From the NCBI GenBank assembly GCA_965231015.1, contig OZ246408.1, forward strand, positions 686,595 through 750,594: a stretch of DNA of 64,000 nt, written 5' to 3'. A program made the position numbers and the translations under genes. This document shows, piece by piece, positions 26,649-36,302 of this stretch (positions within the stretch are counted from its first letter, which is position 1; each line of letters begins with the position of its first letter). This DNA is from an uncultured Gammaproteobacteria bacterium. GTDB lineage: Bacteria > Patescibacteriota > Patescibacteriia > UBA9934 > CAZDDW01. The notes beneath the pieces were generated by a model. The model saw nothing but the letters and a program-made list of their open reading frames with translations, was not told the DNA's origin and did not search any database.

Positions 26649-29216
26649 TTAAGCAGTTATTTTTTTATGATGATGACGAGCAATAAAAATCCATTTGACT
26701 ATCTCGATTGCTACCAGTTTAACACAGCCAATAGAAATAAGCAGTAGCCAGTCATAAAGATGCAAATGGGTTATCTCAAAGATATTTTGAAAAAATGGAA
26801 CGGTCACAGCCATGATCTGCAAACCTAATCCGGCAATAACTCCCATCACTAACCACTTGTTATTAAATATGTTGGTGTGAAATATTGAGTGTCGGAAACT
26901 CTTTATGGCAAAAACGTAAATCAATGAATCAATGGCCACAGCAGTAAAGATAATGGAACGAACATATTCAATATCATGACTCAAATTCAAAAGATACAAG
27001 AAAATCGCCATAATTCCGATATCAGTCAAGATACCAATAATGAAAATTAAAACTTTCATTTCTTTATTAAGTACTGCCTCCTTACGCGGACGCGGTGGTT
27101 CTTTCATCACGTCCGGTTCTCCCGGCTCCAGGGTAAGAGCCAGGCTTGGGAAACCATCAGTAATCAAATTAATCCATAAAATTTGTGCAGCTAGCAACGG
27201 CAAGGGAAGGCCCAACATAACTGCAGTACCGATTAATACAATCTCTGTAAAACTATCAACCAACAAATAGGTGGTGACCTTGCGAATGTTGTCATAAATC
27301 ACACGTCCTTGCTCAATAGCTTTTACAATGGTGGTTAAGGCGTTATTGAGAAGCACGATTTCAGAAGTTGATTTTGCCACCTCGGTGCCTGTTCCAAGCG
27401 CAACTCCAATGTCCGCAGCCTTGAGTGCCGGCGCGTCATTAACCCCGTCCCCGGTCATGCTGACCACTTCATTCTGCTCTTTCCAAGCGTTCACAATTCG
27501 CACCTTGTGAGCCGGTTCAACTCGAGCGTAAACATTAATACCCTTCACTTTTTGTTGCAATTCTTCATCTGATAACTGATCTAGTTCAGAACCGATTAGT
27601 GTCCTGCTTCTATCTGCATCAAGCCCGGCCTCTTTAGCAATTGCCACCGCGGTATCCGGGTGGTCTCCGGTAATAATGACCGTCCGTACCCCGGCCTCGG
27701 CGGCTTTAGCAATTGTTTCTTTGGCGTCCGGACGAATCGGATCCTGCAAGCCAAAAAAACCAACGAACTCCATTTCCGAAAGTTCATTTCCTAGATTATC
27801 TTCATCTTTTTCAACCTCCCAACCTTTCCCAACTTTCTTATATGCCACGGCGAGCACCCGAAGTCCCCTCTTGGACATCTCGTGAGCCGTATTCATTAAA
27901 TCATCACCTGACTCATTGCACATTGGTAGTATTTTTTCCGGTGCGCCTTTTACAAGTACGGCCCGATTACTGTCACCCCACTCGTTAAGTGTAGCCATGT
28001 ACTTATGAGCTGAATTGAAGGGGATCTCTGCCAATCTGGGGTGAGTTTGATCCAGTGCAGACTTATCCTGCCCAGCAGCAACCGCAAAGCGCATTAGCGC
28101 GGCCTCGGTTGGACTACCAATAACCCGGTCACCACTAGCTGTTGAGTTATTACAAAGGACAGCAATTTTATACGCCAGTTCTTTGTCTTTACCGACCAGT
28201 TCTGTGGCTTTCATTCGGGCTTCAGTAATGGTCCCGGTTTTATCCGTACAAATAACCGAAACACTTCCCAAGGTCTCGGTCGCAATCAACCGACGCACCA
28301 AAGCCTTTTGTCGCAAAATGCGTTGCATGCCAATGGCTAAAATAACTGTCACGGCTACCAACAAACCTTCAGGAACCGCAGCTACAGCCAAGGCTACTGA
28401 AGTTATGAACATCTCAAATACGGAGCGACCACCCAGCACTCCGATCACAAAAATTACTACTGCTACTCCAACAAAAATAATAGTGAGAATTTTAGCGAGC
28501 CGGCGCAGCTGAACCTGAAGTGGCGTTTCCTCATCTTTTGTTTCTTTGACCAGCTCTGCAATTTGTCCAAGTTCGGTTTTTATTCCCGTTGCGACCACAA
28601 CAGCTAAACCACGACCATTACCCACTTCGGTTCCGGCATAAACCATGTTGGTTCTATCAGCCAAAACAATGCCCCGATCAAGTGCTGCCAACTGTTTTTC
28701 AATCGGTAAGGATTCTCCGGTCAATGCCGCTTCGTTTATTTCAAGAGTATTTTCTTCAATCAAACGAGCATCCGCCGCCACTCTGTCTCCGGATTCTAAA
28801 ATCAAAATATCACCCGGCACTACTTGGCTGGCCGGAATTACCATTTTTTGACTATCACGCCGGACCACCACTTCCGGTCGCACCATGGAGCGCAATTCAG
28901 CCAAGGCTCGACTGGCTTTATATTCCTGCACAAAGCCAACAACGGTATTCAAAACAATGGCGGCTACGATCACCCCAGCGTCCACGTAATCAGAAAAAAA
29001 TAAACTTACCAGGGCCGCAAACAACAAGATATACATGAACGGACTTTTGAATTGTTCAAGTAAAATAATAAACCACGCGGCAGGTGGTTTTTTAGGTAAT
29101 TCATTCAAGCCGTATTTTTCTAGCCGTTTTTTAATTTTGTTTACCGAAAGCCCCTGGGGCGAGCTGTCCAGGTTTCGTAGAACTTGTTGTGCACTTAACT
29201 CATGCCAATTAAACAT
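26649..29216 (-). CDS. Cation-translocating P-type ATPase (P2A/Ca2+-like)
   Basis: LTGES, AVPEGL, DKTGT, KGAPE, TGDGVNDAPAL, QILWINLITD. Confidence 0.95.
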   Translation of the reverse strand: MFNWHELSAQQVLRNLDSSPQGLSVNKIKKRLEKYGLNELPKKPPAAWFIILLEQFKSPFMYILLFAALVSLFFSDYVDAGVIVAAIVLNTVVGFVQEYKASRALAELRSMVRPEVVVRRDSQKMVIPASQVVPGDILILESGDRVAADARLIEENTLEINEAALTGESLPIEKQLAALDRGIVLADRTNMVYAGTEVGNGRGLAVVVATGIKTELGQIAELVKETKDEETPLQVQLRRLAKILTIIFVGVAVVIFVIGVLGGRSVFEMFITSVALAVAAVPEGLLVAVTVILAIGMQRILRQKALVRRLIATETLGSVSVICTDKTGTITEARMKATELVGKDKELAYKIAVLCNNSTASGDRVIGSPTEAALMRFAVAAGQDKSALDQTHPRLAEIPFNSAHKYMATLNEWGDSNRAVLVKGAPEKILPMCNESGDDLMNTAHEMSKRGLRVLAVAYKKVGKGWEVEKDEDNLGNELSEMEFVGFFGLQDPIRPDAKETIAKAAEAGVRTVIITGDHPDTAVAIAKEAGLDADRSRTLIGSELDQLSDEELQQKVKGINVYARVEPAHKVRIVNAWKEQNEVVSMTGDGVNDAPALKAADIGVALGTGTEVAKSTSEIVLLNNALTTIVKAIEQGRVIYDNIRKVTTYLLVDSFTEIVLIGTAVMLGLPLPLLAAQILWINLITDGFPSLALTLEPGEPDVMKEPPRPRKEAVLNKEMKVLIFIIGILTDIGIMAIFLYLLNLSHDIEYVRSIIFTAVAIDSLIYVFAIKSFRHSIFHTNIFNNKWLVMGVIAGLGLQIMAVTVPFFQNIFEITHLHLYDWLLLISIGCVKLVAIEIVKWIFIARHHHKKITA

Positions 29217-29217
29217 A

Positions 29218-30336
29218 TTAATGTCTGACTGTTCGATAAACTTCTTCTACTTGATTGGTAATCCGATCCCAATTGAAAAATGTTTTTACTGCTTCAACCG
29301 ATTTTTTTGAAGCCTTATCTACTTCCTGTGGATGACGTAAACAGTATTGCATCTGGTCAGCCAGATCATTGATATTTTTATTTTTAAAAGAAAAGCCAGC
29401 TCGGTGCATGGCTTCCAAATTTTCTGGAATATCAGACACCAACACCGGGGTTCCAAAACTCATGGCCTCAAGAACTACTACAGCCAAGCCCTCGGATTCA
29501 CTCGGCTGGCAATAAATATAGGCATGTGAGAACAACTGCTTTAGTGTTTCCCCGGACTGATATCCTAAAAATAAAATATTTTTATCTCCGGCGACCCGCT
29601 TTTTTAAGGCCTCAAAATATTCTTCACCTCCTTCGGCCGCCCCACCCACAATCACTAATTTTTTTTCAGTGGATAATTTCTGATACGCATCGATTAAATA
29701 GTGCAAGCCCTTATGACGCACTACTCGACCGACGTTTAAAAAATATTTATCCGGTTGAAGACCAAAGTTTTCCAGCTCACCAAATTCTTTTACTGTCTGC
29801 GGCTCTGCACCATTGGGAACATACACCACCTGACGGCGATAATGAGTTCGACAGTAAACCTGGATCACATGCGACACGGCAATGCACACGTGTGGAAACC
29901 AGCAAGCCGCGATTTCACCGAAATGTAAATACAAACGTGCCAACAAACCCCACTTCTGATGAAACCTGTCCTGGCTGTGAAAAGTGGTAACAATTCGCGT
30001 TTTAGGTTTTAGAATCCTTAAAAAGAAAGTCAAGGTGGACGGCCCTACGCCATGGTAATGAATAATGTCATAGGGCATGAACCAAGCGTGAAGCGTGGCC
30101 AACAATGTATGTACAATTGCTTCTAGGTTTTTACGATATATTGTGGGCACATAAATCATCCGCACACCATGATATTCCCGAGGGCGGTCTTCCTGGTAAT
30201 GGGCTCTGGCATACACAAAAACCTCGTGATCGCGATCTGCGAGCCGAGTAGCTAATTCGTCCACGTGTTTTTCAATTCCTCCGGTCCTCTCCCCCTTAAT
30301 TCCAATGGTTTTCTGACCAATAAAGGCAATTCTCAT
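29218..30336 (-). CDS. Glycosyltransferase family 4
   Basis: GGIEKHV, GRVVRHKG, PSESEGLAVVVLEAM. Confidence 0.92.
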   Translation of the reverse strand: MRIAFIGQKTIGIKGERTGGIEKHVDELATRLADRDHEVFVYARAHYQEDRPREYHGVRMIYVPTIYRKNLEAIVHTLLATLHAWFMPYDIIHYHGVGPSTLTFFLRILKPKTRIVTTFHSQDRFHQKWGLLARLYLHFGEIAACWFPHVCIAVSHVIQVYCRTHYRRQVVYVPNGAEPQTVKEFGELENFGLQPDKYFLNVGRVVRHKGLHYLIDAYQKLSTEKKLVIVGGAAEGGEEYFEALKKRVAGDKNILFLGYQSGETLKQLFSHAYIYCQPSESEGLAVVVLEAMSFGTPVLVSDIPENLEAMHRAGFSFKNKNINDLADQMQYCLRHPQEVDKASKKSVEAVKTFFNWDRITNQVEEVYRTVRH

Positions 30337-30432
30337 ACGACCTTATTTTACAATATTTTGGCTTAAATTACGAATTGCTGAGAATTAAAATATCTGATAA
30401 GCTCGAAAATGAACCGGTTAAGGAGGTAAACC

Positions 30433-31038
30433 ATGAAATGGGTCGTATTGGCCTTGTTCTTTGTTGCCGGCACTATTTCGGCCAATGCGGCTGAACCGGA
30501 AGGCTTTGAAGAGGTAGTCACCACCACCTGTGGTACGGGTGATCTTGGGAAAGCGCGGCTGATTCGCGCCGCGATTCTCTCGGAAGAATCTGAGCGATTG
30601 CTCAAGGCGGCCGAGGGGTGGGAGACCCGAGCTGATCAGATTGAAGAGCTGGTCAAGTCTCGACAATTGTACCCGAATGAAGTTGAGCGGCTGGAGTATT
30701 TCTGCCAGGAGTTGCGTAGCAGTGCGGCCGTGCTCAGTCAGGAATCCGAAGACCTGTCTGAGCTCGGGATTGGTGTCATGCTCACCAGCCTGGCAGTACC
30801 GGACGACCTTGACGAAGAAGCTTGTCTAACCAAGTGTCAGGAAGAATTTCAACCGGTTAAAGATGCTCTTGAGAAAGCCTGGTGGGAAGAGCGTGCGAGA
30901 GAAAAACACTTAGCCCCACTCTTTGAAGACTACCGCACCATGGAGCAGCGGCTCAACTCGGCCTACCTCAAAGGTCAAACCCCGCTCCAAAACTTCTCAA
31001 ATCCGATCCGTTATCACCATGCAAAATACGCACGGTAA
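30433..31038 (+). CDS. Hypothetical secreted helical protein
   Basis: Strong SD AAGGAGGT, signal peptide MKWVVLALFFVAGTISANA, downstream terminator ~31051-31085. Confidence 0.7.
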   Translation: MKWVVLALFFVAGTISANAAEPEGFEEVVTTTCGTGDLGKARLIRAAILSEESERLLKAAEGWETRADQIEELVKSRQLYPNEVERLEYFCQELRSSAAVLSQESEDLSELGIGVMLTSLAVPDDLDEEACLTKCQEEFQPVKDALEKAWWEERAREKHLAPLFEDYRTMEQRLNSAYLKGQTPLQNFSNPIRYHHAKYAR

Positions 31039-31091
31039 CAAAACTCCTTCGGCCCCCCACCTCACCCTTGGGGGGTCTTGTTTTTAAAAAG

Positions 31092-31122
31092 AAAACTCGA
31101 GGGCGCTTAAACCTCGAGTTTT
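31092..31122 (-). terminator. Hairpin terminator after acidic micropeptide ORF
   Basis: AAAACTCGAGG..CCTCGAGTTTT. Confidence 0.65.
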
Positions 31123-31135
31123 CAAAATATTGGTT

Positions 31136-31213
31136 TTATTCAGCGTCTTCAGTAGTCTCTTCCCCGTCTTTCTTTTCTTCGTCCACGTTCATTTCTTCAT
31201 CGTCGAAAAACAT
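31136..31213 (-). CDS. Putative 25-aa acidic micropeptide MFFDDEEMNVDEEKKDGEETTEDAE
   Basis: Manual translation; promoter TTGAAT-N17-GATAAT at 31272-31244 and terminator downstream. Confidence 0.6.
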   Translation of the reverse strand: MFFDDEEMNVDEEKKDGEETTEDAE

Positions 31214-31331
31214 AATTGTGTTCGCTTAAGAATTAGCACCAAAATTATCTCAAGGTTTAGATCGAAATTCAATGATCTCGTCAAGGGGTCTGTGAATAAA
31301 GGTTGAAAAATTTGCAAAAATAGCTTAAAAT

Positions 31332-31847
31332 TTGAACATTATGCAGGTACCAAAGCGTGCATCCGAAGAATGGCGTATTGCCAAGCAGACTCCAACTGAC
31401 TTCCACGTCAGCCAAGACAAGTTGGAACGTATGAAACGCGAACTCAAGCGGTTGGTTGAGGTTGAGCGTCCGGTGCAGATTCAGGAAGTACAACGAACCA
31501 AAGAAATGGGTGATCTATCCGAGAACGCTGAATACCAAGAGGCTAAGTGGAAGCTGCGTCGCATGAACTCGAGGATAACATCTTTGGAACAACGTATCTT
31601 AAAAGCCATTCCGATTGAGTCAGGCCCAAGCACGGATGGCAGAGTTCAGATCGGCTCATCCGTCTCGCTAGACAATGGATCAAAAATATTGCATTACGAG
31701 ATCGTTGGTTCTCAAGAAACCGACCCGACCCGTGGCCGGATTAGCCACTTTTCCCCGCTTGGGCAAGCGTTGATTGGAAAACAAGTTAGGGACGTTGTTA
31801 AACCGACCGAGTCTGGGCCGGAACTTAAAATTGTGGAAATAAAATAA
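31332..31847 (+). CDS. greA: Transcription elongation factor GreA family
   Basis: GDLSENAEYQEAK, VQIGSSV, ISHFSPLGQALIG; true start may be ATG 31341. Confidence 0.88.
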   Translation: MNIMQVPKRASEEWRIAKQTPTDFHVSQDKLERMKRELKRLVEVERPVQIQEVQRTKEMGDLSENAEYQEAKWKLRRMNSRITSLEQRILKAIPIESGPSTDGRVQIGSSVSLDNGSKILHYEIVGSQETDPTRGRISHFSPLGQALIGKQVRDVVKPTESGPELKIVEIK

Positions 31848-31883
31848 AGAATCAAAAAACCATCTCAGAATGAGGTGGTTTTT

Positions 31884-31958
31884 TGGTACGCCGAGTGGGG
31901 ATCGAACCCACGACCTTAGGCTTAAAAGGCCTCTGCTCTACCACTGAGCTACCGGCGC
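31884..31958 (-). tRNA. tRNA-Lys(TTT)
   Basis: Reverse complement GCGCCGGTAGCTCAGTGGTAGAGC..CTTTTAA..GGTTCGATCC..CGGCGTACCA. Confidence 0.96.
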
Positions 31959-32009
31959 AAGTGGCCAAAATATAACAGAAATAACACCACCTGTCAAGAA
32001 AAGATGGTC

Positions 32010-33083
32010 TTATTTTATTTTCTCACACATGTCGTTAGCCTCTTTGGCGATTCTCTCAGCGACTCCTTGTGTTGGCAAAACCAGTCCAATCTGTCGGCCA
32101 AACTCGGCACGTTTTTCCGGGTGGTCAAGTAATTCACTGATCAATCGATCGAGCTCACCGACGGGCTGGTCTTGGGTGTACACAAACGCGGCCCCAGATT
32201 CTTTCAAAGCTACTGCATTCTCTTCTTGTTGATTGTTGGGAATCGGAATCAAAACCGATGGTTTGTTTAAAAAAGCCAGCTCCTGAATGGTTCCCATACC
32301 GGCACGAGCCACCACAATGTCGGCCGCAGCGTAAGCCAAAGCCATGTTGTAAATAAATTCGAAAACATGATATGTCCCGCCGATCGCCTCGAGTTCTGCC
32401 AAGTCCTTCCCCTTCCCGGTCTGATGAATCACATTAGCTTTAACTGATATTTCTGGTCCGATTTCTACCATGGCTCGATTAATCCATCCGGCCCCAACTC
32501 CACCACCAAGTACAAGTACGGTCGGCAAACTCGGGTCAAGATGTAGAGTCTCATACGCCTCATCTCGATCAACCCCAGCCAAACTTTCACGCACGGGTGA
32601 GCCGATCCAGTTGGTTTTATTATCTGGGAATGAAGCCAGGCTTGATTGCCATGAGGTTGTAATCCGAGTTGCAAATGATCGCATCAATTTATTAGCTAAG
32701 CCAGGTCGAACATCCAACTGATGAATCCAGGTTTTAATACCGAGCAATTTAGCAGCCCATACAATCGGCACACTCACGTACCCTCCGGCTGACATGACCA
32801 TGTCCGGTTTTTCACGTTTCAATATCTCCATAGCTTTCACAAACGATCCGGCTAACACAAATGGTGAACTAAAAAGTGAGAGCGAGAAGTAACGAGGTAG
32901 TTTAGCAGTTTTCAGTGAGATGAACCCGTATCCAAGCTTTTCCAGTACCTCTTTTTCAGGACCGAGCGGTGTACCAACCCAAACAAACTCAACCCAGGGG
33001 TTAAGCTTTTTCCAGGCCTCACAAACCCCGATGAGCGGGGTTACCGGGCCCATTGTTCCTCCTCCGGTCATCATCACTTTCAT
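32010..33083 (-). CDS. murG: MurG GlcNAc transferase
   Basis: GGGTMGPVTP, GGYVSVP, GLANK, RAGMGT, QEENA. Confidence 0.93.
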   Translation of the reverse strand: MKVMMTGGGTMGPVTPLIGVCEAWKKLNPWVEFVWVGTPLGPEKEVLEKLGYGFISLKTAKLPRYFSLSLFSSPFVLAGSFVKAMEILKREKPDMVMSAGGYVSVPIVWAAKLLGIKTWIHQLDVRPGLANKLMRSFATRITTSWQSSLASFPDNKTNWIGSPVRESLAGVDRDEAYETLHLDPSLPTVLVLGGGVGAGWINRAMVEIGPEISVKANVIHQTGKGKDLAELEAIGGTYHVFEFIYNMALAYAAADIVVARAGMGTIQELAFLNKPSVLIPIPNNQQEENAVALKESGAAFVYTQDQPVGELDRLISELLDHPEKRAEFGRQIGLVLPTQGVAERIAKEANDMCEKIK

Positions 33084-33086
33084 ACT

Positions 33087-34202
33087 CTATTTACTCTTAC
33101 CATATTTCGAAACATTTAACACCACCCCAATCGCGGCCATAGAAACAACAAGAGCCGTTCCACCGTAACTCACAAATGGCAACGGTACCCCGGTCATTGG
33201 CAAAAGCCCGATCATGGAACCAATATTAATTGAAGCCTGAATGACAAACCAGCTAATAATTCCGATCACAATGTATCGCCCGAAATTATCCGGAGCACCA
33301 TTCGCGATCTTGAGTCCACGCCAAAACAACGCCATGAACAAAACTAAGACCCCGACCGTTAAAATAAAACCCAATTCTTCAGCAGTCACGGCAAAAATTG
33401 AATCACCAAACACCTCCGGTAAATATTGAAACTTTTGTCGAGAGTGCCCGTAACCAAGACCCAAAATTCCACCTGAACCAATAGCGAGCAGGGCTTGGTT
33501 AATATGGTACCCAATACCTTGAGGGTCAAACTCGGGATGTAAAAAAGTGGTAAATCGAGCAGACCGATATGGAGCTAGTTTGATGAGGAGTCCAAACAAT
33601 AGAGCTCCGCCACCCACCAGCAACCCCATATGAATCCACGGGGCTCCGGCAACAAAATACACTACAAGAGACATGGCCACGATAACAGACATAGTTCCTA
33701 TATCAGGCTGTAAAATCATCAACAACATGATTGCTCCAAGGACGGATAAAAACGGAAGAAAACCTGACTGCCAGTCGCTCACCCCCTGTTTACCACGCTT
33801 ATCAAGCCAGGCGGCTAAATAAAACAAGAAGGTCAGTTTTACGAACTCGGCCGGTTGGAAACTAAAAAGCCCAAAAAAAGAAACCCAGCTCCGCGAAGTA
33901 CCAAACCCGGCACCAATTCCCGGAATAAAAACAAGAACTAATAAAGCAATCGAGATGATCAATAAATGAAAGGCATAATCTTTCCAACGATGGTACGGTA
34001 TCTTGGATAGAACATACATGGCCACCAATCCAGGAATCAGTCCGAATATTATCTGATGTTTAACAAAATAAAAACTGTCACCAAAGCGTTCATAACCGCT
34101 TGGCCCGGAAGCAGAGGCTAGCATTATGATGCCAAATAAAATAACAACCCCAGCCAGAGCCAGATAAGTATAATCGATCTGTTTGTTTTTTTTCGGCGGC
34201 AT
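33087..34202 (-). CDS. ftsW: SEDS protein FtsW
   Basis: FQPAEFVK, QPDIGT, GSGG..GLG..SRQK..YLPE, TGVPLPFVSYGG. Confidence 0.94.
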   Translation of the reverse strand: MPPKKNKQIDYTYLALAGVVILFGIIMLASASGPSGYERFGDSFYFVKHQIIFGLIPGLVAMYVLSKIPYHRWKDYAFHLLIISIALLVLVFIPGIGAGFGTSRSWVSFFGLFSFQPAEFVKLTFLFYLAAWLDKRGKQGVSDWQSGFLPFLSVLGAIMLLMILQPDIGTMSVIVAMSLVVYFVAGAPWIHMGLLVGGGALLFGLLIKLAPYRSARFTTFLHPEFDPQGIGYHINQALLAIGSGGILGLGYGHSRQKFQYLPEVFGDSIFAVTAEELGFILTVGVLVLFMALFWRGLKIANGAPDNFGRYIVIGIISWFVIQASINIGSMIGLLPMTGVPLPFVSYGGTALVVSMAAIGVVLNVSKYGKSK

Positions 34203-35251
34203 TAGACAAAAGTTTGATCAAGAATCACCAGAGCCACACCAAGCCCGGCGGCTACCATGGAAATCACCCAAAACCGCATCACAATCTTAGGCTCCGGCCA
34301 ACCAATGGCCTCCAAGTGGTGATGAATTGGGGCTGATTTGAACACTTTTTTCTTGAATATTTTTTTAGAGCTCATTTGAACAAGAGTTGAAATGGCCTCG
34401 AGCACAAAAACAATGCCGATCACCGGCAAAAATAAGGCCGCATTCGTAAGCATTGCTACAATCCCGAGCGTTACCCCGAGCGACATAGAACCGGTATCAC
34501 CCATAAAAAAGCGAGCCGGATTAATATTGAACCACAGAAAAGCCAACAAGGCTCCAGCGATTATTGCACAGAAAGCGGCCAAGTCTACTCGACCCTGCAA
34601 AAGTGAGATGACAGAAAAAGCGGCAAAAGAGGTCAAGAGCGACCCTCCGGCCAAACCATCAAGCCCATCTGTTTGATTAACTGAAAATGAGGTCGAAACA
34701 ATCACCAAAATGAAAAATGGGATATACCACCAACCGATATTAAAATCTCCGAGGAATGGCACATGAAGTAAATCCCAGTCTAATTTAAAATAAAACCACC
34801 AAGCTCCAACCACAGCGATAGCCATATAAACGAGTAACCGATGACGCATCTGCAACCCTCCACCATGCGGTCCAATCTTTTTCACATTCATGTAATCATC
34901 CACTAAACCAACCAAAGCTGAGGCAATTAAAGCTCCGAGTGGAAGTAAGGTTTGCTCTCGGGTTAAGAAACTGAGGTGTCCCAAAAATCCGTCCGGCCAA
35001 TTCAACCAAACCCATCCAAGTACCAAAGCCATAACAAGAGTGGTCCCCCAAACCAAAACCCCACCCATGACCGGAGTACCGGACTTTTTCAAATGAAGTT
35101 TGGTAAAAATCGGAGTCAAACCACCGTTACGAATTGATTTACCAAGTTTGTACTTATACAAAAAATGTGTGAACGCCGGCGTCCAAGCCATAGTCAACAC
35201 AAAAGCTACTGTTGAGAGAACTAATACTTTTACAATCGCAAAGGTTTCCAT
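34202..35251 (-). CDS. mraY: Phospho-N-acetylmuramoyl-pentapeptide transferase MraY
   Basis: KSGTPVMGG, VDDY, NQTDGLDGL, FMGDTGS, APIHHHLE. Confidence 0.95.
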   Translation of the reverse strand: METFAIVKVLVLSTVAFVLTMAWTPAFTHFLYKYKLGKSIRNGGLTPIFTKLHLKKSGTPVMGGVLVWGTTLVMALVLGWVWLNWPDGFLGHLSFLTREQTLLPLGALIASALVGLVDDYMNVKKIGPHGGGLQMRHRLLVYMAIAVVGAWWFYFKLDWDLLHVPFLGDFNIGWWYIPFFILVIVSTSFSVNQTDGLDGLAGGSLLTSFAAFSVISLLQGRVDLAAFCAIIAGALLAFLWFNINPARFFMGDTGSMSLGVTLGIVAMLTNAALFLPVIGIVFVLEAISTLVQMSSKKIFKKKVFKSAPIHHHLEAIGWPEPKIVMRFWVISMVAAGLGVALVILDQTFV

Positions 35252-35252
35252 A

Positions 35253-35648
35253 CTAAAAATTAATGAGGGTAATCAAGACCATTGATCCAAGAAGGATTGT
35301 TTCCACCAGCAAGGTAGTAATGGCAAAAAAAATTGACAGAACATGTTCATGCTTAGCGTAAATTGCTTCGAACAAAATATTAGTTAACAGCATCAGGATC
35401 CCCAAAGCCGGCAAAGCAAAAATGTAATACCAGGGACCGAACTTGTCCACTCCAAAGTAAATATTGTAGTGCAATGGAATATAGTCAGCTCCGTGTAAAT
35501 TTGGGATGATCTTCCAAAATGGCAGCAATGTAGTAAGAACCACCAACCCGGCTGAAACAATGGCTGTCCAACGGTAAAATTTGGAATTAGCAAAGATGTC
35601 GCGAACAGCTCCCTTTAGTTTACGAGCCCGTGTAATAACTCGACCCAT
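35253..35648 (-). CDS. Membrane protein (DUF1648-like)
   Basis: IPLHYNIYFGVD motif, three TMs; start taken at MGRVIT. Confidence 0.6.
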   Translation of the reverse strand: MGRVITRARKLKGAVRDIFANSKFYRWTAIVSAGLVVLTTLLPFWKIIPNLHGADYIPLHYNIYFGVDKFGPWYYIFALPALGILMLLTNILFEAIYAKHEHVLSIFFAITTLLVETILLGSMVLITLINF

Positions 35649-35649
35649 A

Positions 35650-35868
35650 TTAAACGGCAATAACCTGTTTAATATCGGGGTGCTCCTGCCGTAAAGCCAC
35701 CTCGATAACGTTTTTGAGCGTGAGATTAGCCATAGGGCAATCAGCACAAGCGCCTTGGAACTCAACCTGAACTATCCCGTCAGAATAATCTACGAGCTCC
35801 ACCCCTCCACCATCGGCTTCTAGCTGCGGCCGGACCTTATCCAGCACTGCTTCAATTTTCTCACGCAT
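35650..35868 (-). CDS. NifU/Nfu C-terminal domain protein
   Basis: VRPQLEADGGGVEL, GACADCP..TLK..IE. Confidence 0.88.
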   Translation of the reverse strand: MREKIEAVLDKVRPQLEADGGGVELVDYSDGIVQVEFQGACADCPMANLTLKNVIEVALRQEHPDIKQVIAV

Positions 35869-35948
35869 AATCAGAGTATAACTGAAAATAGGCTTGATTT
35901 CAACCAAAAAACCCACGGCATAATATGCACAATGGGTTTCCAGTTGGT

Positions 35949-36221
35949 TTATACTACCTCAACAAAAGTCTTCAGTTTTAAGGCTCCATGAAAATTCGGT
36001 TGCTTCTTCTTTTTGTACTTAACAACTCCATCCTTGGCCGCGTACAAAGTGTCATCCTTTCCTAAACGCACGTTTTCTCCGGCATACCACTTGGTTCCAC
36101 GTTGGCGAATAATAACCTCGCCAGCCTTAATTGTCTGCCCATCAGAAACCTTGACCCCCAGGCGTTGTGCCTGCGAATCTCGGCCTAGACTAGTTGAGCC
36201 TCCTGCTTTTTTGTGTGCCAT
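35949..36221 (-). CDS. rpmA: 50S ribosomal protein L27
   Basis: [29 protein letters not shown]. Confidence 0.98.
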   Translation of the reverse strand: MAHKKAGGSTSLGRDSQAQRLGVKVSDGQTIKAGEVIIRQRGTKWYAGENVRLGKDDTLYAAKDGVVKYKKKKQPNFHGALKLKTFVEVV

Positions 36222-36302
36222 ATTGGCTTGATTTTAGCTAAAAATCGGTATTTCTACCAGCGAGCGATAGTATACCGAATATCACTAAACCCGTCAAGAG
36301 CC

